In this document: positions 25,107 to 38,287 of the stretch, in pieces
How positions within the stretch are numbered: the first letter of the stretch is position 1
How the letters are laid out: the number at the start of each line of letters is the position of its first letter
Assembly: GCA_000708835.1 (NCBI GenBank)
Contig: DF237100.1
Location: 71,660-135,659, forward strand
DNA from: Klebsormidium nitens
Taxonomy: Eukaryota; Plantae; Klebsormidiophyceae
Direction of reading: 5' to 3'
Length of the DNA: 64,000 nucleotides
Notes under the pieces: model-generated
Told to the model about the DNA's origin: nothing
The model's input: the letters and a program-made list of their open reading frames with translations, nothing else
The model's database searches: none
Translations under genes and position numbers: made by a program

Positions 25107-26148
25107 TCAGCCTGGCTCCTTCCGTTTCCTGTCCATAGCGAATGCATCTTTGACCTCTATCTCTGGCCCTACACTAACAGCTGCTGCTTGTCCACCTTCT
25201 AGGGTCGATCGCGACCCATCTAGAGGATCTACACTTTTCTCATCGGGTGGCTCATCTTGTCTGCTTTCACGATGCTTTCGCAGTCGGTTCGTACGGTAGT
25301 ACTTCCAGAAATAAAACTGCTGGGTGTGCAGAAGCTCCTGTACAGATGCATCAAACAAAGTCATGAAACCGCCACACAAGAAGAGAGCAAATTTGCAAGG
25401 GGATTCATCACACGATGTCTTGCTGCAGTAAAATCACCAGATTCCATTATACTGAGAAATGCAGGGCACTCCTGCATTCGTAAGTGTTCAACACCTTCAC
25501 GCGCAGGTTGAGGAAGCAATTCTAACGGAAGAGGTTTTGGTGGCTGGCGAGACCTCACCTTGTTTTGTGTGGACGCCACTACCTTTCTGAACTGCTCATC
25601 TTGAAGCAGGTCGAGAAAGTGGAGACAGTGGGGATATACAATGAACTTTGCATACTCCGGACGTTTCCAGTACTGGAGATACTGTAGATACTTTACAAAA
25701 GCAGGGTCCTCAAAGAACCGGTTTTGTGCGAGGTCTGCAAGCCAACAAAGAGACGTTAGAGTAGTAATGAGACCATTGACTTGTCTGCAAGGCAAGAAAG
25801 CCCGTTCAAGGCAGCAGAGAGCCTAATGATGTATCCAAAGCTCCTGCAGACCTAGTTTGCGGCAAAGACTCTGTGATGCAGCTCAACATCGACCCTCCAA
25901 GGGGACCTTTTTCCTTCAACTTGCACCACTTGTTAGTGGATTAGACCGGCCAAGAGCCAAGCAAACATCACAAAGGTGTATTCATATGGTTCATTGAATC
26001 TCACCGAATAGCAAGTGTAAAAGCTTCATCTCCAAGTAAATTCAAAAACTCACGATTGATATATGCCGGATTGGCCAACAGCTGTACAAACTCCAGCTCA
26101 AGCAAGAAGCGCTGCCGTCCATGGTCAGTCTCTTGAAAGTCAAACTGC
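25107..26148 (-). CDS. MED31: Mediator subunit 31 (SOH1), first exon not resolved. Exons ~26148-26054, 25734-25559, 25337-25107
   Basis: GRQRFLLELEFVQLLANPAYIN|HLAQNRFFEDPAFVKYLQYLQYWKRPEYAKFIVYPHCLHFLDLLQDEQFR...|ELLHTQQFYFWKYYRTNR is the SOH1/MED31 signature. Confidence 0.93.
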
Positions 26149-26901
26149 CTGCAAACAACAGTACTTTAAAAGATTCATGCTTAAGCCACCTCAAAGATCT
26201 AAAACCAAGAGACTCCTGTCCTGTCCGAAATCTGCATATTTGACCTTTGACGTGCTTGCGAAGAGCATGCAGCGTTTCCTGCTTGAGCAGGCAGATGCAC
26301 ATTGCTGGCAACAGAACAAATTCTCATCAAATATTCTGAGATTCTGCCCACAGACAAAATTTCCTTGTGCTTTTCTTCCACTATGATGTAGGTAGCAAAG
26401 ATTGGTGTACTTGAAGTGATCAGCATTCCCCTTGCCTCACTCTCTCCAACAGGGTGCTTCCAAGAAACAAGCGAAAGGTTCCAGCACCCTTTCAACACTA
26501 TCATAACAAAGTTTTGAGTGGAGGCTTACTCAGCAGCTGCTTTGCCGTTCATCGCTTCCATTGCAGCGATCTGATTGCACCCCAGCATACAAAAGACGCT
26601 GAGCTGGGCCCAATTGCTTTCCCAGTTGTACGTCCTGCTTGATGTAGAGCCCCGCTTTTGTGGAACTGAAGCGCCGCAATTGCTCGAATGTTGGATCGCA
26701 ACAAAATGTGATCACGAAGTTTCCTGACCTGCTCGAACAGCTAATGTTGAAGGGCGCCCAAAATTGCTCCCATCAAAGAGTTCCGAAGCTGAGAAAACAA
26801 AAGGCGACCTTCAGGACCTCGAAAAGAGGTATCAGGTGGGCACATGGGGGGGCGCCATGGCTGAGAAAGCTGTGAAAGCCATGCAGATTGTCTTCCTGGG
26901 T

Positions 26902-26919
26902 TGGCAAGGTACCTTGCCA
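26902..26919. repeat. Perfect 18-bp palindrome
   Basis: TGGCAAGGTACCTTGCCA is identical to its own reverse complement. Confidence 0.9.
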
Positions 26920-27428
26920 TTGGTACTGCCAGGTATGTATTTCCCTTTGGTTTTCATCAAATCAACAATTAAACCACCACCCAACCTATAAAACCGGGCA
27001 AATTCGATGCTGACGTGGCATAAATTGCCAACGGTCGTCGAGATCGGGCGATTCAAACGGTGACTCATGGGGCGCATGTTTTTGAACACTCAAAATGGCG
27101 TCTACCCAGCACGATAGCAGCATCAAACCTTCACCAGATTTGACGGTGTCAGGCTTGCTCGCCTGGAACAGGCCCCGTTGAGATGCGCTCCTTTTCCCGG
27201 CTCTTCAAACGGCCAAAAACAAGGCCTGTATCGTAAGCCCAAAAAAGCCACACTCAGCTTATTTGAGCTATTCTTGGTGGTTTGAAGAGCTGAAAAGCTT
27301 GGCGCCTTCTTGCAAGGCCTCTCTGTGGCGACTGAGCTTGACACCGCCACTGAAAAGCATGATTTGGGCATTCTATGAGCTGGGCAAATGCTACATTTCA
27401 GTGCCAAATGCGTGCGCCCCATGAGCGC

Positions 27429-27483
27429 AACTTGAACTTCACACGTGAAGTTCAAGTTATGAAATTGGCCAGCATTGCTGGCC
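27429..27483. repeat. Two adjacent perfect inverted repeats (14-bp arms enclosing a G-box; 8-bp arms)
   Basis: AACTTGAACTTCAC-ac-GTGAAGTTCAAGTT (27429-27458, with CACGTG at 27442-27447) and GGCCAGCA-t-TGCTGGCC (27467-27483). Confidence 0.85.
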
Positions 27484-27908
27484 CATATGTACCGGTTGGG
27501 TGGTGGTTTAACGAGGAACTCGTCCAAACCAGTTGGAAAGACGGCACAAGCTTTATAAATGTCTCATAAGACGGCGCAATCTTTGCGGGCACCGTTGCCG
27601 GAGGGGTCTGCCGTGTCTTGGTAACCGCTACTTTCCACGTCACGAGCTTCCCTGAAACTCTATGTTTTAAACGTAAAACACAATTCTATTTCCAGATTTT
27701 ATTGATTTTCAAAAACAGCAAAGCGCAGCCTCCTGCCTCCGTCAGGCAGGAAGAATGCTGTTGCAGTAGTCTCCTCTCTGGAATAAACGTCTTGCATCAA
27801 CCCAGAGTGCCTGTATCGAAGCTCCATTGTTGTCAGCAGCGTGGCAGCTGTTGCAGAGCTGGTCTCCTGTTTCTTGATCTTGAGGTGTTCTGAGAGAAAA
27901 CATGGGTT

Positions 27909-30093
27909 ATGGAGGCCCTTCTTCTTTATAACAGCGAGTCTGAAAGTGATGAGGAGTTGGAGCCCTCTGAATCCCCTCCACGCAAGCGTTCTTGCAAGGG
28001 CCTTGACAATTCTGGGAAAAATGGAAGACCCGTCATCTTGGAAGGAGGGGCAGTTGGCCTTATTTCAAACAGCGCAAGTAGGGAGGGCACCGTGCAGATT
28101 GGGAGTGGGATAAGTCTTCTTCAGTCTACTCCAAAGCATGAACCTTTTACAGAGCGAAGCGGCTCTAAGCCTTCAGCGATTGCTGGCAGCTCAAAGGCCA
28201 GCTTGCCAGGTCTTCCTTTTTCCAATCATAGTGCGCCAACAGCCTTGTTGTCGCCACTCCCAGGCTCACTCCAAGGTACGCCTTCATCTTTGTCTCTGTA
28301 GCTGCTGGAACTTCTTTTGATGCCTACGACTGTTGTTGCGTATCGCAAGGATGTCGTTGACGAGGGGAGCTGATAGACACGTCCTTGACTTTCTCGTGCT
28401 TTGAGAGTTGCTTGCAGTGGCAGGCTTAGATGCATGCTTCTCGCATACAGGCAGCGAGAGTCAAAGAAACACAGGACATCAAGGACGAGTGCGCAAGTTC
28501 CCGCACGTCGAGGGCAACTATGCCACACACGTCTACATTCCAGGTGGGTTGTGCTAGACCAGAAGGAATTCATTCTGGTGTACATGATGAGAACCATTGG
28601 CCCATGAAAGTGACATCATCAACATGGCTTTGCGTTGCACTGAGAATGCTGCCTTGAACAAGCTCCTTTTATCATATATAATGTTGGGTAGTTTCCTTTG
28701 TTTGAAAGTTGGAAAACCGGATACGAAAAAAAAAATGGTGTCACCGTGTGGTTCATTTCCAGCCTGCATATCCTATGAACAAGCTTTTCTTTTTGTCTGG
28801 CAGTCAAGGTGCCCAGGAACTTCAAGACCACTTTGACCCGCTCCCTCCAACGAGCAAAGATGCTTTTTCCAGCTCTGCAACCAATGGAGGGGCTCTCTGG
28901 GAACCAAGACTGCAACGCAGGACTATCAAGAGTCTTGGAACCAGCTGATAGCTACCACATCAGCCTTTCTCGAACGGTCCCAATCAAGCATTATCAAATC
29001 GAGTCTCTCGTTGAGATGCTGAAGGAGAACTTCATGAGCCAGAAAAGGTGACTAGACGAATCTTTGAAAGAGACTGGCACACGAGTGGATCGAACTTTAG
29101 ATGCGACTGATTATGGCATGACTAATTGCGGAGCAATTTGAAGGAATCTTCTGGTGTGTGTTATTGTAGGCTGCTGTCGATTCTTTCTCAAACCATTCCC
29201 CCTTGTTTCAGGTTTGCTTTGAAGCTCGCAGAGTGGCAAGCATTCGTGAACGATGATTCAACGCGATCCTTTCTTGCTCTTGGGACTACACACGGGACAG
29301 AACAGGTGGGTCGCTTATGACTTGGCATGGCTCTACGAGCTGCCCAGGGCATTGAGAAACGAAGATAAATATGTTTGAGCTTTAAAACCACCCGTGTAGT
29401 GAGTCAACTAACCTATCTGCATGCTGAAGTGGTTTTCGTCGGCAGCTTGTAACGGTTGTACGCAATCGTGGCAAGAACGTATGTGCGTCCTGGTATGAGT
29501 CTTATTGTATGTCGAGGCCTTCTTTTCAAAAGCCCGTCTTTGCACCTGTGCAGATATGCGAGCAAGTCCGTCTCGTCAATGAAGCGTTTGCTGTGCACGA
29601 GCTACCTGTCTTCTACAAGGTACGTCTGACACCCCAATTGGGTACAATTATTCTTGTCCGGAAGGTAGCATTGGAAATTGCAGAGAGGCCCGCGTCTGTC
29701 CATTTTGGGTTTCAGCTGGTTTAATCGCAAACAGTCCGTAATTCGAAATCGGCAGTCTACTGGAGGACTTACCTTTCGGTACCACCAAAGAGAGAGGACA
29801 ACCTGACCTTGCAGAGGCACAACACTGACCAATTTAATCTGGATTTTTTGTGGGTCTTCATGGCTGCAATTTAATATTCCGTGCAGGAACCTCGTCCACA
29901 TGTCTCTGTCGCCTGGTGCCTTGAAGAGAGGCTGGCCGATCTGAAGCAGATTTGTGGAACCCTTGACGTGCCCTGCAATCCCAGCGAGACAGACCCTTCC
30001 AACTGGGAGAATGGTTCTGAAAGATGGGGCTCTGAAGTAAGACGAGTTGAGTGTAAGATAGGAAAGAAGATATATGTCATCTGGTCAGGCTAG
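27909..30093 (+). CDS. USB1: U6 snRNA 3' phosphodiesterase USB1 (2H family). Exons ~27909-28276, 28451-28543, ~28804-29047, 29212-29305, 29554-29619, 29887-30093
   Basis: Contains GRVRKFPHVEGNYATHVYIP, two 2H motifs (YHISLSRTV and PHVSVAW) and FVNDDSTRSFLAL. It starts MEALLLYNSESESDEE, the acidic N-terminus typical of USB1. Confidence 0.9.
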
Positions 30094-31804
30094 CCCTCCC
30101 ATCCTCGAAGCTTGTCGTTCAGGGGACATCAAATTGACGACTTGAGGAAAGAAGTATGACGCATCAACTGGCATGGTCAGGTCAAAGCGTGCAACCTTAG
30201 TGCCATACATAGGGCGCAAGATGGTCAAAACGGCCATAATTTTCAACCGTCTTTGCATGGCGCCTCCCTCATTATAGTCGTACCCGGCTGGTGCAAAGCA
30301 TACTTGCACATGCGGGGTTTGTCTTGAGTGCAAGTAACATAACCTGTGCCTGCACTGCACCATGGAAGCCTCTTTGCTCCGTTCAAGATCTTTCCAAACG
30401 ATTCGAACATGTAGCAGCTTCTGTATAGTGCCACACAAATCAATCACGCGCTTGGCGGCCGCGGCGGCTTCAATAGTGCGTGTGCATGCAGCATGCCTAG
30501 CTTGCGCGCTGCATCCGCCCTAAGATCCTAGATCGATCATGTTGAAAGGTCGAGGAAGGGTCGTACCTCGGCGCAGGCTTCTGGTCAGTATGATAGGCTC
30601 ACGGCCTGTGCTCTCGCGGAAAAGCTTTCCTGCATATTGGGCCCGGCCGCCTAGCTGCGTCAGCCGCTTCATATAACCATCGATTGAAAGAAAGGAAGTC
30701 GAACATTGTAAATGGCGCACACATGATACGCAGCTTAGACGACTTCTCTTGCTCAGAGCTTCAGCTAGCCAGTATTTACTAGGGGAACAGGCTATCATGG
30801 CCCATAATTCAACGTGTGCGGATCATCTGAGCTTTTCTCAAATAGGTGACAGTGGACTGAGAGAGATTCACGAGCTTGCGAAAGCAACGACACAATACAA
30901 GAGCAAAGAGACGCCCTAAAGCAATTGCGGCAAAATTTTGAAAGCCTCAGTCCCGCGCACAAACAAGAGTTCCGAAATACCAGAGATCGCATGGTTGCTT
31001 TAGATACTCGCGATGAACATGGGCCCGAGGAGGAGTAGCTTGAATACGAGCAAGAGCCGCCTCCGTGTATCACCATTCACATGCATCGAAAGCTGAACTG
31101 TGTCCGGCAACGACAGATCCTTCTAATAAGTGTCTTTCGCAGTTTGAATTTACAAGTGTTCAATTGTTTCTACGTGTCAACTCAAACAACAAATGCCTGC
31201 CATTGATATGGCAGTTGAAAAAATTGCTGTAGCTTTCCTAAATGTTTCGGTGGCGGTCCAAGCTGTCCTAACTCGACTACAGAAGCTGTAATGGCAGTAT
31301 CCGTAAAGAATGTTCTTGCCGGTCCTATCGCTGTAAGCAGATCAATTAGCTACAGTTCTTTGGACCATGAGTTTTCCCATCCTGTGACTTTCAATGAAAA
31401 TCAACTGATCCCTGCGTCACCTAGCAACTCGCCCCGTCAAACCCGAAACGCCCCGGAAAGACGTTGACAATCTCCGAAAGCAGGTTAAGGTCGATCTCAT
31501 CCAGTCCAACGCCGCGCGCAGCTGCAAGGCCTCCTATTCTAAACCAAGCCATCATTCACAAGTCCAAAATCTCTCAACCCTCGGCAAACCCCTCGCACGT
31601 GTCAACCCGCTCCAAAGCAACCCCGAAACTTCGCTGTACACGACAAACGCTCTGAACTCCCCACCTCAAACCCCTCGCTTCACTTTCTGCAAATTCGCTC
31701 CGAAACCCCCCAAATCATCGCTGGTAACCCCCGCCGTCAAAGCCGCCCCAAAGTCGCCGAACCCTCGCTAAACCGTCCCTAAAACCTCGCCAAACGTCCA
31801 CCGG

Positions 31805-34800
31805 TCACGCGGCCGCTGTCGCGCGTGCCAGCCAGCTCAGGTTCTGTGAAATGTGTAACAGCGCCTTTTGCAGGGCGGCCGCGGTGGGCCGCTCGTCGGG
31901 CAGCGTGTGCCAGCAGCGCTCGACCAGCGCCACCAGATCGGAGCCGAACGGGTGGATGTCCGACGGCCACGTGTACCGCAGGCCTTCGTCGAAATGGTCG
32001 CGCAGGGCCTGGGGGAGAGAGGGGAAGGATATCAGAACCGACGATCTACCAATTGGTCAGAAACAAAGGCGACTTGCATGACTTTGCGAGTCGCGAAGCT
32101 TAAACCGTTCCTGACGAACCGCAGTCTCCTTTCGAGCTACTCTTGGGTATGATGATCAAGAAACTTCAACTGGGCAGTCAGTCAAAACAGACGTGTATGA
32201 GTTTACGCACAGATTTAGATGAAAAAGGAAAAAGCATGAGATCAACCTGAAGGAGAAAAGACGAGGAAAAGAAACGAGCAGCAACGGCTTGATGGAAAGG
32301 GAGCCGAAGGAGCAAGCAAAGCGAACGGAAAGAAAAGAACCAAGAACACGGAAGAAAGATCAGAGCGAGGGTCAGGAATCCGCAAAGGAACTCTTGCAGA
32401 GATCCGCAAGCAAAGACGGATGACTGCGTAGGACCATCAAAGCAGCGGAGCGCAGCTCACCTCGACGTTGGGGAACTCGAAGCAGGGGCGGGTCCCGGTG
32501 AGCAGGTTGTGGAGCGTCACGCCCGCAGCGAAGATGTCCGACGCGGGGCTGTGGCAACGCTCCACGTACACCTCCGGGGCGATATAGCCATGCGTGCCGC
32601 ACTGTATGCACAGAATTGATTATGATTTGAGCTACATGAACGGGGAATGAGCACACGCGCGAGCAAACGCAAAAGCACATTCCGGCAGACGGGCAAAAGG
32701 GATAGCAGAAATTCAGAACGTCAACCACGTCCTGACAGAAGCAAACGGACAGGAGCGAACGGAGACGACCAAATAATGAACTCCTGCCAAGCTTGTGCAA
32801 GGACGTGTGCAATGAGCAAGTTCGAACGATTGAGCAATTAGAAAGCAGCCACTGATACCATATTTTGTGCGTATGCATTTCTCGTTTCAGATAATCTGAA
32901 GGCCACACATTAAGCGCACAAGTCCAAGACTTTCATTTCTGAATGATTGAATGATGTTTCGTCCACGGCGTTGATTAAAAGAAAGGGAGTCAGCTGGTGG
33001 TTTCCTCACGTCGCCGCCCTGTGCCGCCTCCTCAACGGAAGTCACCAGTCCGAAGTCCGCCAGCTTGGCGACCCCGTCCTTGGCGAGAATGTTCTCCGGC
33101 TTGATGTCCCTGCGAAGAGAACAGAACTGGTCAGACGTCGTCGGCAGAATCTCCTCTTTACAACACTTTCCCAGCAGAAGCGTAGGAGGAAATCCAACGG
33201 GGCGCGGATGGGACAAGGAATGGTTATGCCCCAGGCGCGGAACGTCAGCCAATTCATAATGAATAGGATTTGCGCTCAACGAAAAAGAGTCCGACAGATT
33301 TGAGTCCGTATCCTGGCATTGACAGATTGTGATGATAGCATCTCGTCTGCCGTCCCTTTTATAGCGGCAAGAGAAAAAAGGATGCAACAATCCGCCAGGA
33401 CCGTCATAACCCTTCAGCGTTGCCTTTTCCCTAGTACCACATGTCGAAGTCACCCTAGAAGCCACCACTCTCTACGGCGTCATTGATTCATCCGGTTTCA
33501 TTCAGAACATCAGAATAGCTCCGCTCACCGGTGGATCAAGCCGTGCTCGTGCAGCCACGCGAGCGCTCCCGCCACGTGCCCCATGTCCCGCGCAATCTGG
33601 TACAGCCGGGCGGGGGTGAACTTGGGGGGGGCACCGGCAATGCTCCACTCCGGGGGGGAGTCCGCGAGCTCGAACAGCAGGCCGAGCTCTCCCCCATCCA
33701 GAGTGTAGCCCTCCAGGCGAATGATGTCGGGGCAAGCGCGGCACTGGATCAGATTCTGCGCCTGCATTTCAAATGAGCAGAGTAAAGACTCAGACGTTGT
33801 GAACCGGTCGTCAGAAGATATGATGCTGGAGGCCGTCGAAGAGCGTTTTGATCCGGCTTAATATCAGACTTGGGGTCCTTACTAGGATCAGGCTTCGGTT
33901 CTGAATGACAACACCTTCGAGAACTCCTTGCTCGCACGACTTGTGGTTACTTTCTGCTGATTCAAGACCCGAGGAGGAAGTTCCACCGGAAGGATCCTTT
34001 TCAATTTCGTGACCCATACAAAGGGCCGAAGGATTGAACAGAATCTTGAGCCGAACATTGACGTGCTCCGCACCCGAATCTGTCCAAAAGTCCTATCATC
34101 CGACTCTTGCAGTCAAAACAGAAACGTTGTCACTGAGACGCCTTCCTCACCTCTACCAATGACCCCCAGAAAAGGAACTTGGCAGCCAGGATGCGACACT
34201 CGCCCTGAGAGTTGAGTGCTTTGGTGGAGCACACAATCCCCTGACCCCCCTGCGGAAAAAAGATGCACGAATTGATTCACGGTTCTCGCTGTTTGCACCA
34301 TGGGGACTTTGATTCAAAGACTGGGCTCTCCATCAAATCTGAAGACGCAGATGGACTCCAGCAATTCCCAGCATTTCGTTGCAGGAGCCTTCCTTGTGTC
34401 AATCATCTTTGAGATGAGAGAACTGAGGAGCTTCACCCGCACAAAATTGCAAAGCTTTTAGCAGCAATCAACAACCGATCGGACATTTAGCTGCTCTGAA
34501 AATGGTCCGTTTGCCAACAGTCATACATCCTAAGTTCGGGGGCATACGGCCTTTTGGTGAAGTCAGCAGTTGAGCTTACCCTGCCCAGCAATTGCAGAAT
34601 GGAAAGCTTCGGGTAGAACTCAAGGCCGGCTGCGACCAAGAACGCGTATGGGTCCGTTGCCGGCTCCTACAGGCAAAGCAGGAACAATGTGAGATACTTG
34701 CGCTACTAGCAAGTGTGCTAGAGGATCGCCAAGGTTGCGCGCTGAAACTGCAGGTCAACCTGACTTGAAACTTTCTCTAAGCACATCCTTCAAAGATCCA

Positions 34801-36610
34801 CGTTTGGAGATGTGCAAGACGAACAACCGATCGTTCTTGCAGAGGTTCATGCATTTTCGACCGTACTGCTGTGTGAAGTTGCGCTTCAGTCCTTCAAAAG
34901 CCACTTCCTGTCCTTCAAACAAACCTGTTCATCACAAAGCAGACTCTTGAGACTCACCTGAGGCTGCAGCCACTGCTGAGTCAGCGCCGTGTCCCCCGCC
35001 CTCTGCCACCGCGAGTCCCCCACCTCCTTATCAACCAGCGCACCCCCAATCCCGTGCTCCTCATCCCCCTCGCTGACGTGACCCGCGACCGTCTCCACGG
35101 ACTCAATACCGGTCTCACTCCAGGACGAAAGCGGGGGGGCCGCTAGCACGTCGCTACCGGGGAGTGCCTCAAAGAGTGTGACAGTCTCTGCTAGGGGGGC
35201 GGAGCGGGGGGAACTAGACTGGGCGCCTAGGGCGTGTGGGCTAGGCATGGGGAGCGCCTCCAGGTCAAAGTCAGGGCCGGAGAAGACGCCGAACCCTGGG
35301 GGAGTGCTCTCGGGGGGTGCGAATGCGTCGGCGCTGAACAAACCCACCCCGTCCAAGGCAACCTCGAGGGGGGCCTCCCACGCCCTGCCGCTGTCCCCCT
35401 GGTCGTGTGCGTGACTGCTCGGGGCATCGTGTGAGACCAGGGGGGCAGCGGAGGGGGGGCAGGGAACCGCCTCAGAGGGCCCGGAGAATGCTACCTGGAA
35501 GGGGGAGGTGACTGTATGAGCTGGTAATACAGGTGGAAAATGCAATGGTCACCATTGTGTGCCAGTGAGCATTTGCCAGGTCTGAGGAGTGCGGGAAGCA
35601 CACGAAGAGAGGTCTTTCCAACGAAGCTAAGGCTGGTGAAGAAACATGCATGTCGGTTGCAAATAGAAATATTGTGACTGTTTTGCAAGTGCAAGATCTG
35701 TGAGAAAGAGCACAAACCAAGCAGAACAGAACCAGAAGCTGAAGCTTGCGTTAGGCGACAAAGAAAAGTTTCTGAAAAAGGGTTGAAATCATCAGCCCGC
35801 AGCTTGGCATTTAGTTGCAATGTCGGAGGTTCAGTGGGAAGCAGAAGAGCTCGATGATGAACAAAATCCTGGCTTATGAGTCTATGTATAATGCACTTTG
35901 CAAGGTCTTACAAGATCAGCAGCCAACAGGAGCACCATCACTGGAACATGGTCTTTCAACAAAAGTATGGTCCTCAAGAAAAGCATGACAAGAAACACAA
36001 AATGCTGCTGCTTGCCTGGCCCCTTTGCATTCTGTTGCATCTTCTCAACAGCTTTTTGCAGCTTCCTTGCTTGACAACAGGATAGAAACAGCTACTCTGG
36101 AATCGGCCACCGAGATTCTCACATACCCTCTTAGTAACGTCAAAGCTCTTTAAGACCAAGAAATGCTTACGTCTAAACAAATTGAGCAGAAACTATCATC
36201 CAAATCTGCCCACCTGCTGGTCAGCATCCTCCATAGAGTACGCAGGGCTGGCCTGCTGTCCCTCCTCCTCCCCGCTTGGGAGACCCTGCTCCACCTCTGC
36301 TCCCTCCGCGATCTCCTCCTCTCTCTCCTCTCCCCCCAAGAACTCCTCTCCCTCCTCCCCCCCAACCTCCATCACCATTTCCTCCTTCCCCCCCTCCTGC
36401 TGGCAAAGCTCCTGCCCCCCCTCCTCATCCCCAAGGAGTCCCTGCAGGGCGCCCAGCGCAATCCCCCGCCCCACCTCTACCAGCAGATCGTCAAATGAGA
36501 GATCATCCCAGCTGCTGAAGAGGGGGGTCATGCCCCCGTAGACAGCGCCCCTCACGACAGCGCTGTACCTCTCAAACACCCCCAGAAAAGTGGAAAAGAA
36601 GCCCGCCATG
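31805..36610 (-). CDS. Protein kinase (TKL-like), paralog A, with acidic low-complexity N-terminus. Exons 36610-36214, 35494-34958, 34666-34580, 34249-34151, 33761-33529, 33109-33010, 32601-32461, 32008-31805
   Basis: All canonical subdomains are present: LLGR|GGQGIV, LAAK, LVE, LIHR|DIKPENIL, KLADFGL, CGTHGYIAPE, SDIFAAG, ERCWHTLPDERP. Every intron is GT-AG and the phases match. Confidence 0.88.
33120..33436 (-). mobile_element. Possible degenerate CACTA-like terminus in a kinase A intron
   Basis: TTTTCCCTAGTA at 33425-33436 matches the terminus at 16684-16695 at 11 of 12 positions, with scattered CCGTC/CCGAC words upstream. The signal is weak. Confidence 0.3.
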
Positions 36611-38287
36611 GCAAGAGGCCACGCGGAAGGCGCTGAAAACACTCTCGCTATCGCTGCTCGCTGAGAACTCACTCTCAATCTCGCTGATGGCGGGGGCTGA
36701 TAAACAAACGCTGAAGGGGCTCAAAGCTGAAAGCTTTGGACAACCTGAGAATGTTTGTGACTTGAACAAATGCAGGACCTCAGCATTTGAGCCCAGTCAA
36801 TCATCCGCGTCAGCTAAGCTCGAGCAGGCAAAAGCCTTATAGGGATCCCTCCAAGGTCTGAGTCAGTCTTGCCAGGAACTCTATGGATAGCGAGCGCTTG
36901 AAAGCCGTCGATCTTATAAGACTGACGGTGTCGATCGGGCTCTCACACGTTTCAGATCGCGGCCGGCTGGTCAGTGGTGGCGCGCGCCGCGGCCGCGAGG
37001 TTTTTCGAGGGCGCCACAGGATTGTGCATGAAATTGCTTGCCTTTTGAAGCAGCAACCATCGACTAACATGATCATTGAACTGGATCGAAGCAAAAGCCG
37101 TTGCTCTAGTGTACGAGTTCCCAACTTCCGGCAAGGCCCGGCCTAGGCGCCAACTTAAGGGCAGCGCTGTGGGTGAATGGTGACATGATGTTGAATTAGA
37201 GAGCTTGGCGGTTGATGGAGCAAACCCGTGGTGCATCATATCATCGCGGACGCGGCCCAGAGATCCTGCAGCAGCTCCTACTGCATCCGGAAAAGCAGGA
37301 CCGATCCGGCTGACTTCACTTCTGAAATGGAGAATGTCATGCAGGATCATCACCATTGGAATGCCGCGAAACGGAGATGATGCTGATTGTCTTTAGTGAT
37401 TGGAAAAGTGCCTTTGAAAGCGACAATTTGGTACGGATTGAACCTGCAGTGCCACCTAAGTTGTATGAGCGGAAGGCGCAGGACAAAGGATGACGATACT
37501 AGACTAGAAGAGGCTGTGCTCTAAAGTGCAGATGGCATGCCGCTAGCACCCGCCGTCTGATCAGTGATACTGAGATTCGGGCTTTCATCATGGGCACACA
37601 AGCCATGCTCGTCGGGCAACTGCGTATCAAGCACAACATTGATCTTGGACAGAGAAACTTTGAAAATCCCGCTTGCATCTACTGCACTAAATCAGGTCTC
37701 TATTTGTATTGATTACCAGTGAATTGTCAATCTGTAGCGGTTAAAAACTAGACTAAAGCGCGGCTTGCTGTACCTAGGTATCTAGCTAGTGTCTGTTTGG
37801 CTAATGCCCACAGATTCTGTGTCGGTTACAAACAGTTGCGGGCGCCTGTCTATCAAACTCAGCCCTTAGCAAAAGCAACGAAAACAATCTGCTGCTACAA
37901 TGCTTGGCAGCAACCTTTCAATAGGTCTCAAAGAATGGTTCGACCCCCGCTACTCCCAACCCCCGGTCAGTTGTTCTTGTGATTTACAACTCGCGCTGCC
38001 ACAACAATCATCTTTGCTTGCTCCCGGGAGGGGCCAGGTCTGCTCTTGATCTATGTGCGCGCACTACAGTAATCGCTCACTTGAAACCCGTCTCTCTTAT
38101 GCGGTCCTCCACCTCCATCCCCGCTGGTTGTCAGCTCGCAAACACGCTCGCAGTTGACAGTATACGCAACACGCACAACACAAGTTGGGAGACTCATCGC
38201 AGCCGCCTACTTACAATCAGTCCGTCAACTTAATGGATAACTTCTACGCTAGTCAGTATTGGGCCCGTTTCCCTCTATCTTTCCCCT

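Noticed and set aside
31560-31800. AAACCC(C)TCGC / CCCTAAAA telomere-like words
   Set aside because: Only 3-4 scattered degenerate words and no tandem array. They lie in the probable 3' UTR of kinase A.
36163-36541. Leu/Ser/Pro-rich plus-strand ORFs (also 42672-43129)
   Set aside because: Antisense shadows of the Glu/Gly-rich first exons of the kinases.
36837-37396. Several 60-134 aa ORFs between the two kinase genes
   Set aside because: No motifs or coherent splice structure; consistent with GC-rich intergenic noise.
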